Shown one piece after another: positions 31,310 through 41,875 of a stretch of DNA of 64,000 bases. A program made the position numbers and the translations under genes. Every line of letters begins with the position of its first letter. Positions within the stretch are counted from its first letter, which is position 1. The DNA lies in contig CAVYAN010000063.1 in the NCBI GenBank assembly GCA_963766075.1, forward strand, positions 1 through 64,000, in the 5' to 3' direction. The stretch is from an uncultured cyanobacterium. Lineage in GTDB: Bacteria > Cyanobacteriota > Cyanobacteriia > Leptolyngbyales > Leptolyngbyaceae. The notes under the pieces are model-generated. The model saw only the letters and a list, made by a program, of their open reading frames with translations. It was not told where the DNA came from and made no database searches.

Positions 31310-32386
31310 GTGCGTAAACAGACTTCGTTAATGGTATGCCTGCTGCTGGCGTTGAGCTGCGCCCCCCAAATCGTCCAGGCGCAAGCCAACTCGTCGATTG
31401 ACGATCGGGTGACAGAGTTGCTGCAGGAAGGGCGCAAGTTGGTCGATGCTAAGCAATTCGATCGCGCTTTAGCCACCTATCAACAGGCCGGACAACTGGA
31501 TAACCAGAATCCCAAAATTTTCTCAGGGATGGGCTATCTGTATGCGAATCAGGGCAACTTCCGCGAGGCGGTGCGAGCCTACGAGCAGGCGATCGCCCTG
31601 GATCCCAAAAATGCGGATTTTCAGTACGCCCTGGCCTACAGTCTGGGGAACCTGGGGCAAAACGATGCCGCGATCGCCGCTTACCGCCGAACCATCGAGC
31701 TGAATCCCCGCTACTTAAATGCCCACTTGGGCGTTGGTGTCCTGTTAGGGCGTATGGGCCAGCAGGAAGAGGCCCTCGCCGCCTATCGCCGTGTGGTTGC
31801 CCTGGATCGGAATAATGCTGGAGCCTATGCCCTGATCGGTGCCACATTGCTACAGCAGGGTCGCCCTCGGGAGGCGATCGCACCATTGGAACAGGCAGCG
31901 GAGCTGGCCCCTCGGGATGGCAGCATCCAAGTGCAATTGGCCGCCGCTTGGCTTTCCCAGGGCAATGAGACCGCTGCCTTTCCAGCGCTGCGGCGGGCCA
32001 CACGACTCGATCCGCGCAATGCCCTAACCCAGCTTAAAATTGGCAAGCTGTGGCAGGCGGCGGGGCAACCGGACAATGCCCTGCCCGCCTTTCAACGGGC
32101 GGTCGCCGTCCGCCCAGATTTGGCCGAGGCCCAGGCTGGGGTGGGGGAAATTTATTTAGAGCGGGGTAATTATCTCCTGGCGTTTGTGGCTTGGCGCGAG
32201 GTTGTTTCCCTAGATCCCCAGAATGCCGAAGCCCACTTCAAGCTAGGGCAGGCATTGCGGGGTCGCGTGCGGACCCAAGAGGCGATTGCTGCCTTTGAAC
32301 GGGCCAAATTGCTGTATCAACAACAGGGCAATTCTGCCCAGGCCAACATCGTAGACGCTGCTTTGAAAGAATTAAAGCAAAACTAA
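31310..32386 (+). CDS. Exported tetratricopeptide-repeat protein
   Basis: Signal peptide followed by a run of TPR units (e.g. AYEQAIALDPKNA); GTG start likely. Confidence 0.9.
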   Translation: MRKQTSLMVCLLLALSCAPQIVQAQANSSIDDRVTELLQEGRKLVDAKQFDRALATYQQAGQLDNQNPKIFSGMGYLYANQGNFREAVRAYEQAIALDPKNADFQYALAYSLGNLGQNDAAIAAYRRTIELNPRYLNAHLGVGVLLGRMGQQEEALAAYRRVVALDRNNAGAYALIGATLLQQGRPREAIAPLEQAAELAPRDGSIQVQLAAAWLSQGNETAAFPALRRATRLDPRNALTQLKIGKLWQAAGQPDNALPAFQRAVAVRPDLAEAQAGVGEIYLERGNYLLAFVAWREVVSLDPQNAEAHFKLGQALRGRVRTQEAIAAFERAKLLYQQQGNSAQANIVDAALKELKQN

Positions 32387-32436
32387 CGCGGGTAGCCCAA
32401 TCATCGTCACCCCAATCATCGTCACCCCAGTCATTG

Positions 32437-33120
32437 TTACCCCAGTCGTTGGCGCAAAATGAACGCGGCGATCGCCAAATCCATGGGGGTCGTCACTTTC
32501 AAATTCGTTTCTTCTCCCGGCACAATTTTGACAGGAAAGCCACATTGCTCAAACAGCATGGCATCGTCGGTGACTTCCCATCCCTCTTGCTTGCCCTGCC
32601 AGTGACAGGCTTTCAAGGTCTCCACCTGAAAACCTTGGGGGGTTTGGGCGGCCCAGAGTTGGTCGCGATTGGGAGTAGCCGTAATCCGCCGCTCCGCGTC
32701 AACCACTTTAATCGTGTCCTTGACTGGGATCGCGGCGATCAGGCCGGGGCAGGTGAGCAAGTCAGCCGCACACCGATCAAACAGATCTGGAGTCGCGAGA
32801 CAGCGGGCTCCATCATGAACCAAAACCTGCTGGGCCTCCGGCGGCAATGCCTGTAAGCCATTAAATACCGATTCCTGGCGGGTGCTGCCACCTTTGATAA
32901 ACTGCAAAGGTTGGGGCAGGTTGACAGCGGCGGCGATCGCCTTGAAATCGGGAAAATCCTGGGGCTGTCCAATAATGCCAACCCAGCGAATCGTAGTGGA
33001 GGCTTTGATGGCAGACAGGGTCCAGGCCAGCACGGGCTGGTGTAACAGGGGCAGCAGCAGTTTATTGCGATCGCTGCCCATGCGACGCCCCGAACCCGCA
33101 GCAGGAATGAGTAAGTACAA
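32437..33120 (-). CDS. ispD: 2-C-methyl-D-erythritol 4-phosphate cytidylyltransferase
   Basis: LLIPAAGSGRRMG, GGSTRQESV, VHDGAR, AQTPQGF, NLKVTTP. Confidence 0.96.
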   Translation of the reverse strand: MYLLIPAAGSGRRMGSDRNKLLLPLLHQPVLAWTLSAIKASTTIRWVGIIGQPQDFPDFKAIAAAVNLPQPLQFIKGGSTRQESVFNGLQALPPEAQQVLVHDGARCLATPDLFDRCAADLLTCPGLIAAIPVKDTIKVVDAERRITATPNRDQLWAAQTPQGFQVETLKACHWQGKQEGWEVTDDAMLFEQCGFPVKIVPGEETNLKVTTPMDLAIAAFILRQRLG

Positions 33121-33392
33121 AACAGTCCTCAATCTACAGAACACAGTATCAGCCCCTATTGGAGCACATCTTTTCCCCCATTCATAGTCCGATGCATGGT
33201 CCTAGCCCCCAGCAGCCTGTGCCCCATTTTTCTCCCAACGCCGAGGAGTGATCCCCATCAGCCGGTGACCGCCTTGCCTGCCAATTTCTCAAAATTCTAT
33301 CCCCCGGTGTTTCATGAAACGCCAAACTTGTCGGTATCTTCCCCTAAAATGCTGAAGAAGCGATTTAGCCTAGCGACGTAAAACTACTAATT

Positions 33393-34346
33393 ATGCGAAT
33401 CATAGCCTTAGTCCCTGGAGGAATTGGCGATCAGGTCCTATTTTTCCCGACGCTGGATGATCTGAAGCAGGCCTACCCCGATGCCTGGATTGATGTGGTG
33501 GTGGAGCCGCGATCGCGGGATGCCTACCGCGTTTCTAAGTCCATCCATGAAACGATTCCCTTTGATTTCAAGGCGCGGAATAGCTTGGCGGATTTTGGCA
33601 ATTTGCTGGGAACGCTGCGCGATCGCGAGTACGACATTGCGATTACCCTCGGGCAACGGTGGTCCGTGGCATTTTTGCTATGGCTAACCGGTATCCCCAC
33701 GCGGGTGGGCTACGCGGGCAATGGGGATAGTCTCCTAACCGTCACCGTACCCTTGAAAAAAGATCAGTATGCGGCAGCCATGTATCACGATCTACTCAAG
33801 GGGCTGGGCATTACCGATCCCTGTCCAGAGGTAGCCGTTGGGGTGCCAGCTAAGGATCTCGATTGGGCCGATGGCGAACGGAAGCGTCTAGGGGCAACGG
33901 GCTATGTGCTGATTCATGGCGGCTCAAGCACCCTGGCCAAACAGAAGGGCATCGATAAGATTTATCCCGTCGAAAGCTGGAACGGCATTATTCGCGATTT
34001 TGAGCAAAAACAGCCGGATTTGCCCATTGTGGTCGTTCAGGGTCCCGATGATGCGGACTTTGTGACGGCCCTGGTACAGGCAAATCCTAGGGTCAAAGTG
34101 ACAACACCGGGGGATATTGGCAAATTGACCGCCATGATTGCTGGGGCGAATTTGATGCTGTGTACAGACAGTGCGCCGATGCACTTGGCGGTGGCCGTTC
34201 AGACCTATACGCTGGCGTTGTTCGGACCAACGGATCCCACAAAGCTGTTGCCAGACAGCCCCCGCTTCGTGGGGATTAAGTCCCTCACCGGAAAAATATC
34301 GGATATTTCGCCCAACACCGTGATGGAAAAAGTCTGGGGCGGCTAG
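33393..34346 (+). CDS. Glycosyltransferase family 9 (heptosyltransferase-like)
   Basis: GGIGDQVLFFP, CTDSAPMHLAVA, ALFGPT. Confidence 0.93.
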   Translation: MRIIALVPGGIGDQVLFFPTLDDLKQAYPDAWIDVVVEPRSRDAYRVSKSIHETIPFDFKARNSLADFGNLLGTLRDREYDIAITLGQRWSVAFLLWLTGIPTRVGYAGNGDSLLTVTVPLKKDQYAAAMYHDLLKGLGITDPCPEVAVGVPAKDLDWADGERKRLGATGYVLIHGGSSTLAKQKGIDKIYPVESWNGIIRDFEQKQPDLPIVVVQGPDDADFVTALVQANPRVKVTTPGDIGKLTAMIAGANLMLCTDSAPMHLAVAVQTYTLALFGPTDPTKLLPDSPRFVGIKSLTGKISDISPNTVMEKVWGG

Positions 34347-34413
34347 TGCCGCGCGGGTTACACTGCCAACTTCTTTACCGTCTATTTTTCACTGCCGATT
34401 TGCATGTGGATCA

Positions 34414-34764
34414 CTATTTCCAGTCATGCTGAGCTTGGTCGAAAACATAGGCGGCCAGGTTGGCAATCTCGGTAGCAGTCAGGCGATCGCCATAGGCTGA
34501 CATTAGGTTGCCCTTGCCCTGGGTAATCAAAGTTGCGATCGCCGCCACCGTTTCCACCTGATTCCGCTGCAACGCCTGCAATTTCAAGGTCTTGTTGCGG
34601 CGGACAATATTACCGCCACCCACATGGCATCCAGCGCAATGCAGCGCAAAGACCTCAGCGCCATTCGCTAAGTCAGGCGATAAATCCGCCGCCACAACAG
34701 GTGCGGTGATCCAGCCTGTCCAGACCATAAAGGTTAACAATAATCCGATCATCCATGCCTTCAT
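34414..34764 (-). CDS. Cytochrome c6-like protein (c6B/c6C type likely)
   Basis: Signal peptide, CAGCH heme motif, GGGNIV, axial Met in GNLMSAY. Confidence 0.9.
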   Translation of the reverse strand: MKAWMIGLLLTFMVWTGWITAPVVAADLSPDLANGAEVFALHCAGCHVGGGNIVRRNKTLKLQALQRNQVETVAAIATLITQGKGNLMSAYGDRLTATEIANLAAYVFDQAQHDWK

Positions 34765-34869
34765 GCCTGAGTCCTTAATGCTTAATCTCAACACTTCGAA
34801 CCTCAACGCTTATCATCCCCGCATTGAGTATTTTGAGGGGTATGCACTCACGCCTTACCACCACAACTC

Positions 34870-35835
34870 CTAACGTCGTTTCCCAGGCTTGATGCCACTC
34901 AGCTTCAGCACATCGAGAAAAGTCTCACAATAGATCGGCAAATCAAAACTGGCGGGATTAAAGACGTATTTGTGGGTGAAATGGCGATAGTTCATGGAGA
35001 AGCGATCCCAAGCCACCACTTGGATCCGAAATACCGCAATCAGCACATCGGCCAGTTTCGCGGTGAGGGGAATCCGGAAATAGATGCGTCGGTTTAGATA
35101 AGCACAGGCTTCAGTAATCGCCTGATCCACCGTCATCCGCTGATTGCCCAGCACCAAATCCCGCGAGGCATCGCCTTGGGGCGGATGCTCCACCAAATGC
35201 CGCACAATTTGGGCAATATCTTGACTGTGAATAAAATGAAAACTGCCATCCGCCCGGAAGAAGCGCAATAAGCCGATCCAGCGGAGCACTTGGGGAATAC
35301 CTGCAGAAATATGCGACATCGGCTTGGTGCCATCACCGCCCAGGAGCAGAGTCGGAAATAACGTCGTAATTTTGGACGTAATGGCCAGTTTGCCCAACTG
35401 TTGATAGCACTCGTATTTAGACCGGATATAGTCGTGCCCAATCTCGGCAGCTTCCTTCAACAGTTGGTTGTCACGATTCAAAATACTGGCGGTGGAAAAA
35501 TAGATCACCTGCTCGCAGCGCTGGGGATCCAAAAAATTCATTAACCGAATAGTTTTCCGGACATTGGTATCAAACACTTCCTCGGTGCCACCCCACGCTG
35601 TCGCAATCAAAATAGCAACATCTATGGTGCCGAGCAAATCCGCGTACTGATCGACATCACGCATGTCCCCATGCAACACAGTAATGCCGGGACGGGCGTT
35701 GTAGTCCAGCTTCAGCTTATTTGGATTTCGGACCAGCAAGTAGAGGTCGTGATCGGTTTCCTGAATCAAAGTTTCGACCACATAGTGACCAATACAGCCA
35801 CTTGCGCCAGTCACAAAAATCCGCTTGGAGGTCAT
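34870..35835 (-). CDS. NAD-dependent epimerase/dehydratase family
   Basis: IFVTGASGCIG, FSTAS, YIRSK. Confidence 0.92.
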   Translation of the reverse strand: MTSKRIFVTGASGCIGHYVVETLIQETDHDLYLLVRNPNKLKLDYNARPGITVLHGDMRDVDQYADLLGTIDVAILIATAWGGTEEVFDTNVRKTIRLMNFLDPQRCEQVIYFSTASILNRDNQLLKEAAEIGHDYIRSKYECYQQLGKLAITSKITTLFPTLLLGGDGTKPMSHISAGIPQVLRWIGLLRFFRADGSFHFIHSQDIAQIVRHLVEHPPQGDASRDLVLGNQRMTVDQAITEACAYLNRRIYFRIPLTAKLADVLIAVFRIQVVAWDRFSMNYRHFTHKYVFNPASFDLPIYCETFLDVLKLSGIKPGKRR

Positions 35836-36019
35836 CGGGGTTTAGAAAGGTATCAGATCTGGATGTTGCGTGGGCGGCAGCCAGGGCGATCGCGAACAGT
35901 TCGGTAATGTTACAGTATCACCTGTTGGGCAGTCTATGAACGAAGGAAACCGGGGGATGAATACTGAGAGACCCATGGTTAGGGGTAAACTCCGTGCTCA
36001 CCCCCATCCCCTGCTTGCC

Positions 36020-37084
36020 TTAAGCATGTACGGCCAGCAGTTCGTTCACGTGCTTACCCGTTTCAAAAAAGAAGGCCGCATTCTCTTCCGGAGTGCCCGG
36101 AAGAATACCATGGCCCAGGTTAAGAATATGCCTATGGCTACCGGCTTTGCGGACGGTGTCCAGAATGCGATCGCGAATAAAGTCCTGGGTGCCAAACAGC
36201 ACGCCGGGATCAACATTACCCTGCACTCCAAGGTCGGAACCCAGACGGCGGCGGGCATCGGCCATATCCACAGTCCAGTCAACACTGACAATATCCACCC
36301 CAGACTGCCCCATGCGTTCCAATACCCCGGCACTGCCACTAATGTAAAGAATCAGCGGTGTATCGGGGTGAGTGGCTTTTACCTGATCAATTACCTGCTT
36401 TTGGTAAGGCAGGGCAAAGGTGTCGTAATCCTGAGGACTGAGGTGCCCCGCCCAGGAATCAAACATTTGCACGACCTGTGCGCCCGAATCGATTTGGAAC
36501 CGCACGTAGGTGGCAATAGCATCGGCAATTTTACCCAACAGTGCGTGCAGCATTTGCGGCTCTGAAAACGCCATCCGCTTGATCACCGCATAGTCCTTGG
36601 AGCTTTTACCCTCGATCGCATAGGCCGCCAACGTCCAAGGCGCACCAACAAAGCCCAAAACTGCTGCCTGATTGCCCACTTCCTGCCGCAGGGTTTTCAA
36701 CGTCGTTTTGACAAAGGGCAGCGCCGTCTCCGGATCCAAGGGCTGCAATGCGGCGATTTGGGCCATTGAGCGAATCGGCGGATCGATAATTGGACCTCGG
36801 CTTTCGATGATGTCAAAGGGAATGCCGATGCCGGGGAGCGGAGTCAGAATATCGGAAAACATAATCACGCCATCCGGCTGAAAAGCCCGCCACGGCTGCA
36901 AGGAAATTTCAATGGACAGGTCAGCATTTTCCGAGCGCTCTCGAAAAGACGGGTGCTTGTCGCGCAGATCACGATACACCTTCATGTAGCGCCCTGCCTG
37001 CCGCATCATCCACACTGGCGGACGCTCAACTGTTTCGCCCCGCGCAGCCCTGAGCAATAATGGAACCTGGTTTACCCCCGTCAT
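36020..37084 (-). CDS. hemE: Uroporphyrinogen decarboxylase
   Basis: [34 protein letters not shown]. Confidence 0.98.
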   Translation of the reverse strand: MTGVNQVPLLLRAARGETVERPPVWMMRQAGRYMKVYRDLRDKHPSFRERSENADLSIEISLQPWRAFQPDGVIMFSDILTPLPGIGIPFDIIESRGPIIDPPIRSMAQIAALQPLDPETALPFVKTTLKTLRQEVGNQAAVLGFVGAPWTLAAYAIEGKSSKDYAVIKRMAFSEPQMLHALLGKIADAIATYVRFQIDSGAQVVQMFDSWAGHLSPQDYDTFALPYQKQVIDQVKATHPDTPLILYISGSAGVLERMGQSGVDIVSVDWTVDMADARRRLGSDLGVQGNVDPGVLFGTQDFIRDRILDTVRKAGSHRHILNLGHGILPGTPEENAAFFFETGKHVNELLAVHA

Positions 37085-37270
37085 CTCAACTCCCTCGCGT
37101 CCTATAGATATTTTTAGAGTATTGGCTAGCTTACCATTGCAAGAGGACGCGCAGAGAAAGGATCATTTCAGGGAGAAGGGATGGGGGGATCCGTCGCGGT
37201 TCAGGGTGAACTGCTGAGTCGCAAGGGCCATAGATTTACCGCGGACTCAGGTTTACCGCGGACTCAAGCG

Positions 37271-39226
37271 CTAAGGTTTGGCGGGCGGCGTTGGGTTTTT
37301 GGCCTGGGGCAACTGGGCTTCCGCTAAGGCATACCAAACCTGTCCGTTCGTTTTGGGATTTAGAGGTTTGCCCTGGAGGTCGGGAAAGAGTTCGACTAAG
37401 CGTTTGTCGGCCAGGGCATCCAAGGTAGGACTAGACTTGCCCGTTTCGCCCAAGTCCAATAACCATTCTTGATAGTTCACCGGCTTGTAGGTGCCTAATT
37501 TCCGCCGCAACGCGGGGCTGAGGGTTTCGAGCTTGTCCATCACAGTATTGGCGATCGCCATCCATTCCTGCCGCATGGCCGCTTGGGTGGAACTATTGTC
37601 CAGCTTTTTTCCACGCCACTGGGGATGCTTGGCATAGAACACTTCATCGACAAAATCTGCCAAAAACCGATAGTCAATCCCCAGATTGCGCCGTCGCACC
37701 ATCGCTGCCTGGGCATCAGGCTGATCATTCCGCGATGTCACTGCCCCGGAGGACTGAGGAGAGGGCGATGGGGCGGTGAGGGGCGAATTCGTCGGGGAAC
37801 TAGTAGAACTGGCGGAGCCAGAGGTGTCTGCCGCACCGGAGGCCGTAGTGCTATCCTGCTGGGTCTTCAAAAAGGAAAAAACTCGCCAGGAAACCACGAG
37901 GCTGAGGGTGACAAAGCCCAGCAACAGAATCAAAGAAGCGAGATCAATGCGGCGATCGCCCGCTGATTTGGGTCCAGCAGAGGCTTTTGGGGGGGATGGC
38001 ACCGCTGCCGACTTGGTCAAAATGGCCTGGGGTATTACACCATCCCTATTCCCCAGGGAATTTACAGACGACGTGGCCATGGCCGGAGAGGCGACAGGCC
38101 GAGGTAGCCCGGATTGGACAGTGGCCGACTCGACGGTGGCCGACTCGACAGGTACGGACACAGACACAGGTTGAGCGCCCCCAGACTGGGCAGTCCTAGC
38201 GGCGGATTCTCCCGGCGCTGGGCGAGGTGCAGCAGGCAACACGGGGTCTCTATCCGCAGACAACGGCGGAGCGGAAGAGGCTGCCACCTGGGCTGCTGCC
38301 ATCGCAGCGACTCCTGCCGCAAAATCGTTGCCCGCCGCAGAGGGAGTGGGTTTTGGTGCGGAGGAACCGACCGGGTCAGCCACCCTGGGCAGTCGTTCAA
38401 GGGTCTGGAGCACCTCAGCCGCCGAGGCAAAGCGCCGCTGGGGATCGGGATGCAGCATGCGGCGCAAAACTTGGACGAGGGCCGGACTCGCAGAAACCCA
38501 GGGCTCCCAGTCTATTACCCGATCCACTGGGTGATAGAGGGCTTCCGGTTCCTTGCCGGACAACAGGGCGATCGCCGTCATCGCTAGGGCATACAAATCG
38601 CTACTAGGAAACACTAAACCGGACTGCAACTGCTCCGGTGGCGCAAAGCCCCATCGCCCGTAGACCTCCGAGTCGTCATCAATAGGGTGCAATTGCAAGC
38701 GGGCCACCAATTCCGTTACTAGTCCAAAGCTAATGAGTACGGGCAACTGGTCTTTTTGGCGAAAGATTAGACTGTCGAGGGAGATATTCCGGTGAATGAC
38801 CGTTTGACTATGCAAGAAGTGCAATACAGGCAAAGTCACCTTGAGGAAATCCACCACTTCCGACTCGGAAAAAATTTTCCCCTGGGCTTTTCGCTCATCC
38901 AGCAGCACACCGTAACTCTTGCCTTCTATGTATTCACGCACCCAGTAAAATCGCTGCTCCTCATACACCATGAATTGATAGCTGGGCACTTGCCCATGCC
39001 GGAGGTCGTAAAGCACACCAGCCCCCTGGGCAAACTGCTGCTGCAAGCTTTCTAGAATGGCGGGGTCCCGAACAATGGGAATAAATTCCTTCAGCACACA
39101 CAGCTCATTGAGTCGTTTTTGGTCGCGGGCCAGGTAGGTTTGGCCAAACTGTCCCTGCCCTGCTACCCCAATAATTCGGTAGCGGCCCTGCAAAAGAGTT
39201 CCTGTGGCGATAGGCGGAGCTTGCAT
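37271..39226 (-). CDS. Membrane Ser/Thr protein kinase-like protein (degenerate catalytic motifs)
   Basis: GQGQFGQTY, VLKEF, HRNISLDS, ISFG, FAPPEQ, SDLYAL; TM and extracytoplasmic domain. Confidence 0.9.
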   Translation of the reverse strand: MQAPPIATGTLLQGRYRIIGVAGQGQFGQTYLARDQKRLNELCVLKEFIPIVRDPAILESLQQQFAQGAGVLYDLRHGQVPSYQFMVYEEQRFYWVREYIEGKSYGVLLDERKAQGKIFSESEVVDFLKVTLPVLHFLHSQTVIHRNISLDSLIFRQKDQLPVLISFGLVTELVARLQLHPIDDDSEVYGRWGFAPPEQLQSGLVFPSSDLYALAMTAIALLSGKEPEALYHPVDRVIDWEPWVSASPALVQVLRRMLHPDPQRRFASAAEVLQTLERLPRVADPVGSSAPKPTPSAAGNDFAAGVAAMAAAQVAASSAPPLSADRDPVLPAAPRPAPGESAARTAQSGGAQPVSVSVPVESATVESATVQSGLPRPVASPAMATSSVNSLGNRDGVIPQAILTKSAAVPSPPKASAGPKSAGDRRIDLASLILLLGFVTLSLVVSWRVFSFLKTQQDSTTASGAADTSGSASSTSSPTNSPLTAPSPSPQSSGAVTSRNDQPDAQAAMVRRRNLGIDYRFLADFVDEVFYAKHPQWRGKKLDNSSTQAAMRQEWMAIANTVMDKLETLSPALRRKLGTYKPVNYQEWLLDLGETGKSSPTLDALADKRLVELFPDLQGKPLNPKTNGQVWYALAEAQLPQAKNPTPPAKP

Positions 39227-39288
39227 GGTGTTCCAACGACATGAGGGGATACTTTAAAGTACTCGGTGTTATCGATTTCGGACCCATT

Positions 39289-39326
39289 AAATTATAGTGT
39301 TTATGTAAAATTATAGTGTTTATGTA
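39289..39326. repeat. Perfect 19-nt tandem duplication in a divergent promoter region
   Basis: aaattatagtgtttatgta x2. Confidence 0.9.
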
Positions 39327-39432
39327 CTATATTATTCGATTTGTTCATGAATGGTTTTATTGACTGTCAAGCCGCAATCCGCCATATTTTGTTGTCAGCA
39401 ACATAATGTTAAAAACCATCCCGGTATAACGG

Positions 39433-40473
39433 ATGGACGCTCAAACGCTATTGCGAGCCTATGCCCAAGGGCATCGAGACTTTAGCCATGCTGACCTCCA
39501 CCAAGCAGATCTATCGCGGGTAGATCTGATCTAACAGGAGTGGGATTGCAGCAAGCCAATTTGGCCGGAGCGAACCTGGCCGGAGCGAACTTACACCAGT
39601 CAAATTTGCGGCAAGCCAACTTGTCTGGGGCCAACTTAACGGGCGCTAACTTGGCTGGCGCTAATTTGCGACGTGCCAACCTAACAGCAGCCACCTTAAC
39701 GGATGCACGACTCGATGGAGCTGTGCTGCTGGGGGCTATCCTACCCGATGGCGTTCGGGTCGAAGCACCGCCCCTGGAGCATTCGCGCACTCCACCGAAG
39801 GATAATCCTGGACACGGAGAACCCGCGATCGCCGTTGGCGCTACTCCCCCCCTGCGGGCTTCGGCACTCAAAACGCCGTTGCCCTGGGCCTCCCTTTTTT
39901 TCCTGGGGATGAGCTACCTCTGTTTTGGGATCATTCTGGGAGTGCAGCAGGGTTCGCCGCTGCTGTGGGCGATCGCGCTGAGGCAGCGCCTTGATCGGAC
40001 AGATTGATGAATCCTTGACGCTGTGTATTCCTTTGGTGGCGGCAATCACAACGGTTTTCACTGACATTCACACGCTGCTGGGGTCGTTTGCCATGGGGTT
40101 GGCTGGGGCCGCCACAATGGCCACATTCATTGCGTTTAAGGGAATCATGCATCGTTCTTGGCTAGCGGCCCTGCGGGATAGCGGGGTAGTCGGGGCTTTA
40201 CTGGCGATCGCCAGTAAAGCCTATGTGTGGCTATTTGAGGCCAAGGGAAACTATGCTTGGGGGCCTTTGGCTGCCCCCGAGTTGAGTTCAGCCTACTTGA
40301 CGGCACTGCTAATCCTGGGCGTGGTGTGTGGGGAGTTAGGGGCGATCGCCAGTCTGCAAATGTACAATGAACATTTCAGCCGTAGACAAATTGCCGGAAC
40401 TTATCTGGGCATAGCGGCGCTTGGACTCCTTCTTGGTAAACTGGTGGCTGTTACCCTCAGCTTTACGGCCTAG
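39433..40473 (+). CDS. Pentapeptide-repeat protein with multi-TM C-terminus; two frameshifts
   Basis: MDAQTLLRAYAQGHRDFSHADL then ANLAG repeats; 5-nt duplication gatct-gatct near 39525 and an extra base near 39981. Confidence 0.8.
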
Positions 40474-40485
40474 GCATCCCCTGTT

Positions 40486-40767
40486 TTAGGCATCTCCCGT
40501 CTTTGGCAATATCCATGTGCTAGGCGCACTGGGTTCTGAAGGTTCTCGTCCTGGAGATTTCACACAATAGCTGGAGAAAGAGCGACAGTTGACGGGCCAC
40601 TTCAAGAAATCCCATCCACTGTAGCGCTGCGATAAATTGATCCCGGCGGCGGTTTTGATCAAATACAGCAGGTAAAGACCCAGCAAAATCAGCAAAATAC
40701 TTCGGAAGCGCATCAAACCTGACTCCATCAAAACGTATGGGATCCTCTGTGAGCAACCGTGACTCAC
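40486..40767 (-). CDS. Small hypothetical membrane protein
   Basis: MRFRSILLILLGLYLLYLIKTAAGINLS; start probably the internal ATG. Confidence 0.6.
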   Translation of the reverse strand: MSHGCSQRIPYVLMESGLMRFRSILLILLGLYLLYLIKTAAGINLSQRYSGWDFLKWPVNCRSFSSYCVKSPGREPSEPSAPSTWILPKTGDA

Positions 40768-40851
40768 GTTATTTCGACAAAAATCTGGCCCCAGGAGAAG
40801 CTGGCCTATTCAGAAAGTTCGTTGCAGCGACTCCAAAACGCAGTAGCACCA

Positions 40852-41754
40852 TCACGCTATCGCTTGTAACCAGGTTAGCAAATCGTCCAGGCTAGCAAAG
40901 TCTAGTAGGGCTGTTCCCAGAGCTTCCAGTTGCGCCATAGAACAGGATTCAATCTGCGATCGAACCTCGGGCGTCAGTTCTCCAACCCGCCGAGTTAATT
41001 GCTGCAGAATCAGCGATCGTTGCCCGCGTTCTTCGCCAATCTGCCGTCCGCGTTCTTCGCCAATCTGCCGTCCGCGTTCTTCGCCAATCTGCCGCCCGCG
41101 TTCTTCGCCAATCTGTTGATTTTCCTGGGCAATTTCTTGATAAATCACGGACTCTCGCATAATTCCCCCTCGAAACATCCGATAGACTGTTTCCTTATCG
41201 TACTTCAACCCTGCGATCATCTGCACGTAGGCAGCCACTTCTCGCTGTTGGGGCGTTTCAGGGATCTGCTCCACGCGCTGAACCACACGGTGCAAAAGCT
41301 GTGCGGCATTCTGCGTCCGAGCCAACGTTGCCAAGGGCAGCAGGGCTAAATCCTGCAAAAACACCTCTGGCTCTTGCTCCCACATTTTGACAACTTGAAA
41401 ACTATGGCGGGTTTGCTCCAATTCAAAAATGGTTTCGATCTCGGCATTCGCCTGTGGCGGCAGTAACACAACCACAACCTGGGTTACGGGGAGACGATAC
41501 AGGCGATGTAGCCGCACCCAATAATCCAGCAATCGCAGCGGCATCGGTGGATCCGACTGCCACAGGGTTTGGAATTCTAGATGGAGAATGCGCCCATTGG
41601 CTTGCAGAAAGGTGACAGAATCCGCACGAATCGGCTCAATACTCAACTCAGATTTCAGCACCTCGATCGCCCGGGGCACTTCTCCTAAAAGCCAAGCAGC
41701 AAACCGATCAGGATATTTTTCAGCCAGTAGCTTACAGAGGTTATCAAACGCCAT
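40852..41754 (-). CDS. Rpn/YhgA-like PD-(D/E)xK protein with DUF4351-like C-terminus
   Basis: FDNLCKLLAE, PIRADSV, LHLEFQT, MRESVIYQEI, (QIGEERGR)x4, LEALGTALLDF. Confidence 0.9.
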   Translation of the reverse strand: MAFDNLCKLLAEKYPDRFAAWLLGEVPRAIEVLKSELSIEPIRADSVTFLQANGRILHLEFQTLWQSDPPMPLRLLDYWVRLHRLYRLPVTQVVVVLLPPQANAEIETIFELEQTRHSFQVVKMWEQEPEVFLQDLALLPLATLARTQNAAQLLHRVVQRVEQIPETPQQREVAAYVQMIAGLKYDKETVYRMFRGGIMRESVIYQEIAQENQQIGEERGRQIGEERGRQIGEERGRQIGEERGQRSLILQQLTRRVGELTPEVRSQIESCSMAQLEALGTALLDFASLDDLLTWLQAIA

Positions 41755-41875
41755 GGGAAAAGATGATGTCCAGCGCGATCGCCCCAGTTTAACAGGCCGA
41801 ATCCAGGTTCTGAGGACAACAGTTAACCTCTAGAGCCGAGTTTACGACATCAGAAAGTAAGCCTAGAGATTGAAC

